Origin: Eledone cirrhosa
Taxonomy: Eukaryota
Length of the DNA stretch: 64,000 nucleotides
Assembly (NCBI GenBank): GCA_964016885.1
Contig: OZ024745.1
Span: 120,528,001-120,592,000, forward strand
Direction of reading: 5' to 3'
In this document: positions 54,777 to 64,000 of the stretch, in pieces
Position numbering within the stretch: the first letter of the stretch is position 1
How the letters are laid out: every line of letters begins with the position of its first letter
Program-made: the position numbers and the translations under genes
The notes under the pieces: model-generated
What the model was told of the DNA's origin: nothing
The model's input: the letters and a program-made list of their open reading frames with translations, nothing else
Database searches by the model: none

Positions 54777-55381
54777 AAATAAAGGAACTATTCCAGTGTT
54801 CGATGTGGCTTCGACATCGGACACTGGAATAAATAAATATATATATACACACACACACACACATATATATACATATATGTGTGTGTGCAGTGTAGTTAAC
54901 ATGAAGCATTGCGAGATATGTAACAAGTGATAAGAAAGCCGGTACAATGAGGATAGAAATATAAAGGTGGTATTAGAAAGAAGGATGGGAAAAAAGGTAG
55001 TAATGTTTTTTCTAAGTAATATATAAGGTAAACACCTTTCAACATAGGAAAGGTCATTAGGAAAGAACACGTTGTTATGTTCTTCTTTACCTTGAAATAT
55101 TGTGATGAAATATATTGGGTAAAAAAACATTATTCTGTTTTGTTTGTCATCCTTTAGGACTGTCCCACCTTTATATATTCTATCTGTATGGTGCTGGCTT
55201 TCTTAGAATTTTTAATCTGGGCTAATAATACATATTTGCTCTATGGCTTTTTGAGTCCTCTCTGAACATTGGTTGCTATGGAGATATGAAAGATACAGAA
55301 GCGAAAACCAACCAAACAGTGATTGTGTTCTGTTATTATTTCTGGCAATATTATTACAACAATATGACTTGACCCAAGTAT

Positions 55382-55436
<55 letters not shown>

Positions 55437-55767
55437 GGGATGGTCATGTTCCCAATATTGCCACTAGAAATGCATGCACCATATAATTTTATTTTTATCT
55501 TTATTGTTTGTTATTCATTTGTTTGTCAAAGTTCTTTCATCACATAATATTCTGTGACCTCTTCAATGATTATGTTTCGTGCCTCCTCTTTTTCCTGGTC
55601 TTAAACTACTACTCCATCTTGTCTCTGTTTTGTGGTGCATGTTTTGTGTTTGTGCATGCATTTTCACCTGATCTCTTAGCGTGTGTGTGTGTGTGTGTGT
55701 GTGTTTGTGTTTGTCATGTTTAAGTGTGTTTTATATGTCTGTGGGTTTGTATCATTTCTTGTTTGTG

Positions 55768-55803
<36 letters not shown>

Positions 55804-55950
55804 CATCAGCATCGTTTAACGTCTATCTTCCATGCTAGCATGGGTTAGACAGGATTGTCCCACTTGAGGCAAGATTGATTGGGTGACCGTGTCTCGGTCG
55901 TATAGGACTGTATCTGGCAGGTTTACTACGGATGGATGCCCTTCCTAACA

Positions 55951-55992
<42 letters not shown>

Positions 55993-56375
55993 CGTTATCA
56001 TCATCAGCATGGTTTAATGTCTATTTTCCAGGCTTGCATTGGTAAGACAGGGTGTCATATTCTGAAGTCACACATGTCAGATGAGTATGTCTCACTCATA
56101 CTTTCCATTTTGTAATGGTTTCTATGGTTGAATGCCCTTCTTAATGTCAACTACTTCATGGCATGTACTGGGTTTGTTTTCTCAGTGCACCACCACTGCT
56201 ACCGCCACCACCACCACTACTACTACCACTACTACCACTACTACCACCACTACCACCATCACTACCACCACCACCACCACTACCACCATCACTACTACTA
56301 CCACCACCACCACCACCACTACATGATAGGAAGGACTGGGTGTTTGTTATTTTATCATAGTGGCACCACCACTAC

Positions 56376-56406
<31 letters not shown>

Positions 56407-56519
56407 ACCACCACCACCACCACCACCACTACTACATGATAGGAAGGACTGGGTGTTTGTTATTTTATCATAGTAGCACCAGTACTACCACTACCACCAC
56501 CAGCACTACAACTTTACAG

Positions 56520-56898
56520 CATATCAAAAGAGAACTAAAGAACAGAAATCTTTATGCTCATTGTTTTATAACTTTGATCTGAAGAATGGCAAAGATCAAG
56601 GAATGAGTCCAAATTTGCCAACCAAGACCTCATCCAGGACCCCACATCTAAACCAGCTGGCTTTGACCTTCCTGGAAAGCAATGGGTGTCCTTTAATCAG
56701 ATCTACACATCACATACCAGGACAGACCATCATGTGACTGTGAGAGAACCTGACCACACAGCATGTTGTTTGGGATTGCCCCCTCAGACAATCTCCCAGT
56801 GGGCTGGAAGCAATCCATAATACCACAAATGATGCCTTAGTCTGGCTTACCAATCTCGATCTCTCCAACCATTGTATAGGACATACAAGAAGAAGATG
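56520..56898 (+). mobile_element. Decayed non-LTR retrotransposon 3' end with CCHC knuckle remnant
   Basis: DPTSKPAGFDLPGKQWVSFNQI...CDC...HVVWDCP; (GAA)n tail. Confidence 0.6.
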
Positions 56899-57346
56899 CG
56901 TTTTTATGTTTACTTTTTTATGTATGACTACATTGGGTCAGACTTTTTGTTAGATAAATATACTACAGTCAAATGCACTTCCCACTGAACCTCACACTCT
57001 ATATATATGGTATATATATAGAGGCACATGGCTTAGTGGTTAGAGCATTGGCCTTGCAATCGAAATGTTGTGAGTTCAATTCTCAGACCGGGTGATGTGT
57101 TGTTTCCTTGAGCAAGACACTTTATTTCACATTGCTCCAGTTTACTCAGCTGTAGAAATGAGATGATAGGGACAGGGGTCCCTATCATTCCACTGCAAAG
57201 TGGTCGTGGAGGTGCCACGGCAAAAAAGCACCCAGCACTCACTGTAAATGAGGTTGGTGTTAGGAAGGGCATCCAGCTGTAGAAATCAAGCCGGAATCAG
57301 TTCCCATCCCACCCTTGCAAGCAGGGAAAAGCGGACGTAAAATGAA

Positions 57347-57378
<32 letters not shown>

Positions 57379-57572
57379 AGCACTGAACTTTGTGAGACCA
57401 CGAAGCTGTGAAACATATTGTTTATGTGGGACATAAACAAATGTCATTACTAGCTTAAATATCATCAATGAAGACGCATGTACACACACACACACACACA
57501 TATATAAAGAGAATGGGACAGACAGACAGCTAGTTAGAGACACACAGAAATACATGTAAATAAACACAAGTA

Positions 57573-57624
<52 letters not shown>

Positions 57625-57695
57625 ATAGAGAGAAAGGGAGAATAAAGCAAACAAGACAGTACTGTAAATATCAAAATATCACCACACTTCTTAAG

Positions 57696-57730
<35 letters not shown>

Positions 57731-60014
57731 GATTAAAGTCTTTTAGAAATGGGGTTAGGAGTTTTGAAAGGAGAAAAACATCTGATAATTTTGAAAATGG
57801 ACATTGTAATTAGGGAACTATAGTTGTTGATTTTTTTTTTATATATCAAAGATACATTACAAGATATTCCATTCTGATAAATATACTTATATCCCCTCTC
57901 TTCCTGCTAACACTACCACCCTCATCATTATCATTACTATGATTACCAACACCATCAGCAATGACAAACCTCAAACCTGGAAGCCAACTAGTTTAATTAA
58001 AATGTACAGTTAGGGGAATATGTAGGTAAAAATATATGAAACATTAAGCAGAGTTTCAGGTATCTAGGGCATAACTGCTTATTCGAACATCCTTCAGGTT
58101 TTATCTTGGCTATGTGTGAATCAAAAACATAAATAAACAGGTTTCTAAACAAACAAACATACTGATAGGCAAAATAAATACAAGTAACTATCAAATGTTT
58201 GTAATTTCTATTTGACTATCAGAGGTACACCCAATGATGAGTAATCATCTTTATTAGAAAGATAAGTGTGAGTTGTGGTGTTGATGCCTTTCTTAAGAGT
58301 ATTGATAAAGTAAGTAGAGTGAAGTGTGTTACAACTGGGAATCAACACCAAGTTGCATGTTTGACTGACTAAGAAGAACTTCAGCTATATTCTATATCAT
58401 ATTCCATAACTAGGTTAAGTAATTAAAGGAAATCATATGACAGCAGACATAATATATAATTATTGAGCTCTTATGAACTTTAATGTACTAATAGCTCTTC
58501 ATTAAAAAATTATGCTTACAACCCTTGGTCATACATTGCTGCTGTTGATCATTCCTGACCAAGCATACCTTACTATCAAAGACATATCAAACCATATCTA
58601 TCTAATATTTCTGTTCATGCATATATTTAATGAGAACTTCCATTTTTAAGACCATGGGGTGTGATTTGAAGAACATTTAGCTGCTATGTCTACCAGGATA
58701 AGCAGATATACATATATAGAGAGATACTCCATAGGTTGACTCCCTCATTGACTATTTACACATTTACACATGTTAGGTCAGTTTTAGCAAGACTCACAAG
58801 GCTAAATGACAACTATCAATCACTACACTAATATGCTTACAACCACAAAACATTCAGATGTAAAGAATTCAGCGTGCTAAAGGTTAAGAAAGTATTTGTA
58901 ACATAACTTGACAGAAGGTAAAAATATATGCTGGAATTTTTAACTTAAATAAAAGTCCTACAAAATGGGTGGTTTTGTTTCATAGAACTTGGGCCGGTTT
59001 TGACCAGGTTGATATCTAAAAGGGTTAATCAATTTTCCCTACCATGAAATTGCTGGCCTAGTGCCAAAATTAGAAATGATTATGTAAAAGTGTGGTGGGG
59101 ATCTAAAATATTTGAAACTCTCAGCCATTTCAGAATGGCATTCATTTGACCTTCATTGATAGCAGCTTGATCAAGTTCTATTCTAAAATACAAAACATAC
59201 ATATATGTAGAGGTGTGTGAGTATGTATGTTTGAAATGTCTACTGAGACTAAATAACAGTATGGCCTTTGTTGAGGAATATCAGACAGGAAAACAAAAGA
59301 GAAAATACTACTGTTTAACTTGGTTCCACCCATCTACCCATATAAAAACCTCTTGTCAAATTTTCACAAGATTGCATTAAATGATTTGACATGATATCCC
59401 AAACAACAGAAGTCGGCTGTCATAAACTAAAGGAACACATGGTTGTAGGTGTGACATAGAATACTAAAGAGTAAGGAGACAGTCCATTTGGTAGCCAAAC
59501 TGTCCATACTACCGTGTCACAAAAAACTATGCTGTAATAATTTCTTGCATAAGTATGAGTTATAGGGCAAGCAAGGGTACGTAGTAGACATTTCTGTTGT
59601 CGCAAAGAACATTAATAACACATATCAACCTTGATGGGTAATAATATATCTATGTAATCAGAAACCAGTCCTGTCTAAGGATTTATTATATATCTATGAT
59701 TGCCTTAGATTTATAAGTTCAAGGAAATGAGAAGTAAAGTGATTTAAGCCTTTCCCATGACATTAATAATTCAAGTGAAATGGTTCCAATTGGAAATTAA
59801 GTTACAGACTCTCTTCATCAAGAACTACTATAGTATCACAATACAATTTAATGATGGAACAACTTTTTTTCTATTTAGTACTACATAAAAGAAAAATTAG
59901 TGGAATATCAAATGTACTTTGATAATAAAAAAAAAAAAAGCTAAAGGATAAAACAAAAGAGGGGAAACACATTGAGTGCAGAGTGCAATAGCAAGTTTGA
60001 GTTGAGATTCATAC

Positions 60015-60070
60015 CTGTCTGTCTGAAGTGTAAGCTTCATCATCACTATGGTCAGTAGTTGAATTTGGAC
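60015..60070 (-). CDS. ABLIM: Internal coding exon (56 nt, phase 1->0), peptide (G)PNSTTDHSDDEAYTSDRQ; putative abLIM/UNC-115-like gene
   Basis: Minus strand tttcattgtttttctctag|GTCC...ACAG|gtatga: polypyrimidine acceptor and consensus donor. Phase matches the next exon. Family call rests on the downstream exons. Confidence 0.65.
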
Positions 60071-60329
60071 CTAGAGAAAAACAATGAAATGATAAATTAT
60101 TAAAAACTGATATAAATTTAAAACACTTAAAAAACAAATTTATTCCATTGATAAAAGTTTTATTTATGAAATAAATCATGTAAATACAGTTTAATAGAAA
60201 AAGAAAGAAAGAAAATTTAGATTGAGAAGAATGGAATGTAAAATAGGAAAAATATAAAGAAAAAAGAGAAAAAGAAAAAAAAAACAGGAAGGGGAGGGAA
60301 TGGTATTGTCACAAGAATGGGGAGGAGGG

Positions 60330-60760
60330 AGGATGATTGGGCTCTGGGCCTAAGGTGCAGCGGTGGACGAGCTACGTCCCGGGGACAAGACTGCAAAAGC
60401 ATTCCTGGGGACAAGACTGCAAAAGCATTCCCGCGGACAATGGTCAGCGACACCCACTGCAACAGCCACCCCACCTTGCAGGGATCCTTCCTCAGGCGAG
60501 CCACTGACGTTCCGATCTTGCAGAGGAACTTGACTCACTTCTGTTTATTGTCATTGTTTCAAAAAATTCCACCTGACCCATGCCAGCACGGAAAAGTGGA
60601 CATACAAACAATGATTAACACAACAACAAATAGAATAGACCCCCTCTGTAAAATTGGATTGATAGCAGCCCATTTGAGGAAAGAACCCTGCGATGTGGGG
60701 TGGTTGTTGCAGTGGGTGTTGCTGACTATAGAAATTCCTTCGCCATTATGTCCATGGGTT
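60330..60760. mobile_element. Two oppositely oriented CRE-like LINE 3'-end fragments
   Basis: WLLQWVSLTIVRGNA (- strand) and WLLQWVLLTI (+ strand) resemble the terminal QRlSlaiqRGNA motif. Confidence 0.55.
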
Positions 60761-61961
60761 GCAACCAAAACACAGCTCTGATGTAGGTGTAGAATCTGTC
60801 ACACTCTCCTCTTGCCCCTTTCTTCCTTTGTCTAGTAGTTCTTGCTCTTCCCTTTCTTTTCCTCTCATTTATAGTCCTTTCCAACGCTACTTTTTTTCTG
60901 TATGTTCCACCAATTTATAGTCAAATCGACAATAAATTTTCCTTCTTTATTTCTTGTAATTTTTTCAAATTCTAGCATCATTGAATTATATTTTAATATT
61001 ATGGAAAATGGTGAGGTTAGCTTTGCTTTACATTTCTCTACAGCTAATAAAATAAGTAGCAGTTGTTAAGTGCTGAGGTTGTTTAAATCAACAATAATCC
61101 TCCATTACAATTTTCTGGTTCTTTGCCAAAACTCTTTATTGCTTTATCTTTTGAATGTTTGGCAAAGTTTCACTCACCAACACGCTACAAACTTTAGCTC
61201 ACAGCTACTCTCTGTCTTTCTCGCTCTCTCTCTCTCTCACCATCTATTCTATCACAAATACAATGGTCTCTGCTTCTTTGAACAATCTAACTGCACATCT
61301 CCTCCTCCACTCAGGGCTATCCCACAAGCATCCACCTCTCGTTACCCCTATTATGTCTTACCTCTCAGATCCCAAACTAAAAACACTTTGTCATCATTTC
61401 TTTCTGGAATGTAACCCTTTACAACTTCCTCTTTCTTTCTTCTAAACTGAACCTCAACCACATTGATTTTATTAACCTGGGTGGCTCTGCAAAGGCTATG
61501 GACACTGCCCCCTCCCCTCCCCCATCATCAATCTTATAAACTTGGGTGAGCCTAAGACAGTTATCAGCATTACCCTCACACCAATCTTATTAATCTGGGT
61601 TAGCCTCCTTTCCTTTTTGGCTAACTTATAAAAACATATTTTTTTAAATGTTAACCCAGAGGGATGAAAGGTAAAACCAGTCTAAGAAAGATTTGAACTT
61701 TAAACTGGGAAGAATGAAAATAAATACTATAAGTCATCCAGCCGGGTATTCTGGTAAGGAATCGCCTTTACAGCAGAATAAATAAATATATTTCTTTGTA
61801 CAAGTTCACTACCCTCGAGTCTGTAGTTTGATAGTTTAACTATCTCGCTATAGTATTTCTTACATATCAAACACAAAACAACAACAACAATACCATTTTA
61901 AGGAGAAAATCAATCCCTCTACATTTTATAGTCTGGCACAAGGGAAGGGGGGAGATAGATG

Positions 61962-62023
<62 letters not shown>

Positions 62024-62205
62024 TGTGTGTAGTTATAGTTACAATATATTCTTTCAATAGCAAACCACCTGAAACTGCAAGATTTTTATGATGGAAAACT
62101 ATATTTTTTTAAGTAAAAATCTTCAGTCATAATTTTATGTAAGAAAATTTGTTACAAATGCCAGCTTAATAAGAAAGTTGTTTAATTGTACGTGTAGTGA
62201 ATAAA

Positions 62206-62290
62206 ATATTGGGACGTCAAGTATGAAATTTGTAGGAATTTGTAGGAAAAAAACAAATTTCTACAAATTTCATACTTGACGACCCAATAT
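62206..62290. repeat. Hairpin with 38-bp arms
   Basis: atattgggacgtcaagtatgaaatttgtaggaatttgt-aggaaaaaa-acaaatttctacaaatttcatacttgacgacccaatat. Confidence 0.9.
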
Positions 62291-62483
62291 ATCACATGAA
62301 AATAATATAAGTTTAGTTATAAGAATGTTCATCTTTCCATGAAGTATGATAGAAACTTTGCATATATGTGTATATGTGTGACGTTGGAACTAGGGTCCTC
62401 CACCTCCAGCTTACTTACCCTCTGCCTCTTGGTCCTGGCTGACAGGATGGAGAATACAGAGCAAGGGAGATGCGCTAGAACAG

Positions 62484-62730
62484 TCACTCCATTCTGATAG
62501 CAGTGAGCAGGGATGTGGTCTGGGGGCTAAGAATGCCGGAAGTCTCCACTGCTACAGGCTCTACCACAAACCTATCACATGAGCAGGATGTGGTCCAGGG
62601 GCCAAGAACACCAGAAGTCTCCACAGTTACAGGCTCTACCACAAACCTATCACATGAGTAGGGATGTGGTCCAGGGGCCAAGAACGCCAAAAGTCTCCAC
62701 GGCTACAGGCTCTACCACAAACCTATCAGA
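62484..62730 (-). mobile_element. Triplicated (~76-bp) fragment of a CRE-like endonuclease region
   Basis: Three tandem DRFVVEPVAVET(S/F)G(V/I)LGP units, similar to the F.P.a.Et.G.wGp motif. Confidence 0.6.
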
Positions 62731-63339
62731 GAATGGCCGATACTTAGACAGTTTTCCCTCTTCGGTCTAGTGGGCAGCAGAGCCTGGGCTGGTAGCTACT
62801 TACACCAGGTGGCCACATTTTCAAAATTATATGAAAATCATTGGCAGTATCTTTCATTTGAAATATGGTAATGTTAAAGATGTCAAAATATCAATGTATG
62901 AAAGAAAAAAAAAAAAAAAAGGAGATAGCAAAATGTCAAATTAGTTCAAAAGAGTATGTTAGTTGAGTTTTAGTGTTGAACTGTATTGATATTTAAACAA
63001 GGATATGTGTATTGACTCTGAACATCCTGTACCACATGAAACCACATAAATAAGACAATTTTGAAAATTACAAAATAGCGCTATGACTACAGCGCAATAA
63101 AAACTAAAGTATTTACTCTAATAATAATTGTTTCTACGTTTGGCACAAGGCCAGGAATTACCCAGTGCATTACTAGTACCTTATTTTATCGACCCTGTAA
63201 GGATGAAAGGCAAAGTTAACCTCGGCGGGATTTGAACTCAGAATGGCAAGAGTCAGTCCACAAGCAAAGATGATATTATTTGAAGTAACAAACCCGTTTT
63301 TATATATTTTCTGCTAAATCAAATCAGAGTGTTAAGGGT

Positions 63340-63900
63340 TAAGAAGGCTTTGTGGGTAAGTAGAATCCAGGAAAAGAAAGATAACTGTCTTCACTTCTTT
63401 CTTGTGGAATCAGATTTTGGCTCTTTTTGAAGCAAAGAACATGATTAAAATGAAGCAGGCTGAAGGAGTCATCTGTTGAAGGGTGTTTAATATCAAAGTC
63501 GATGCTATTGTGGATGGTACTGACTTTCTCATGTATTCTCATGGCTTTGTGTGTGGTGCCCTTTGTTCCAAGTCATCCATTGTTCGGGTGGCTATGCCCC
63601 CCCCCCCCCTGGTCCCACTATGTCTGGATCCCAACAGGAGGTAAGTGGCTTGTCAGGAGGTCACTGACTTGTTGAGAGATAACTAGCTCATTGGCTTGTC
63701 AGGAGCTTGTCAGGAGCTATCTGGCTTGCTGGGGAGTGGTGCCTTTGAATATGTTGGGTTCTCCAGAAGAGATAGGAAGCCTGCTGCAAATCTCTCCTCC
63801 TTCCATACATTGCTGGACTGTTTGTATGGAGGCTGATGGTGATATACTGGTGTACATCAAACACACATCAAGGCTGAATGTCAGGTGTTGTCCACAAAGT
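63340..63900 (-). mobile_element. Decayed LINE 5'/AP-endonuclease-like region
   Basis: FSLLHFN...SYLSFPGF resembles the start of an AP endonuclease; broken frame. Confidence 0.35.
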
Positions 63901-64000
63901 CTTTTGTGGGGCGCTTATGGAGAAGTTCTATAAGATGCCAGTTACTTCTCAATGAGACCTAAACTCAGCACAACCCTAGAAAACCTAACAATGAACAATC

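Noticed and set aside
57386-57450. GAAA-long stem-GTC resembling a hammerhead 3' half
   Set aside because: No acceptable CUGANGA box or stem I.

Overview
AT-rich, repeat-dense animal DNA, most likely a coleoid cephalopod (octopus-like), inferred from the tRNA-derived SINE families and heavy microsatellite load. Almost all ORFs in the track are microsatellite or transposon artefacts. The window is mostly intron of one minus-strand gene. I find 5-6 short, phase-compatible exons (60015-60070, 41546-41623, 37819-37884, candidate 16297-16320, 8965-9118, 3560-3607). Their joined peptide resembles the Ser-rich linker of actin-binding LIM proteins (abLIM/UNC-115), judged from memory and not from an alignment; both gene ends lie outside the window. 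The introns hold SINEs, TTAA-, hAT- and Tigger-type MITEs, decayed RTE, CRE and Penelope-like retroelements, and minisatellites. The main hidden signal is eight minimal type-I hammerhead-ribozyme-like motifs, none an obvious copy of another. They sit in short elements in or beside (TA)n tracts, and several are enclosed by inverted repeats. One has a perfect core (26179-26261) and one carries a compensatory U3-A8 core change in the host-gene sense orientation (25262-25299). There is also a ~910-bp near-perfect palindrome centred on (TA)~100 and several smaller fold-backs. All coordinates were read by eye.
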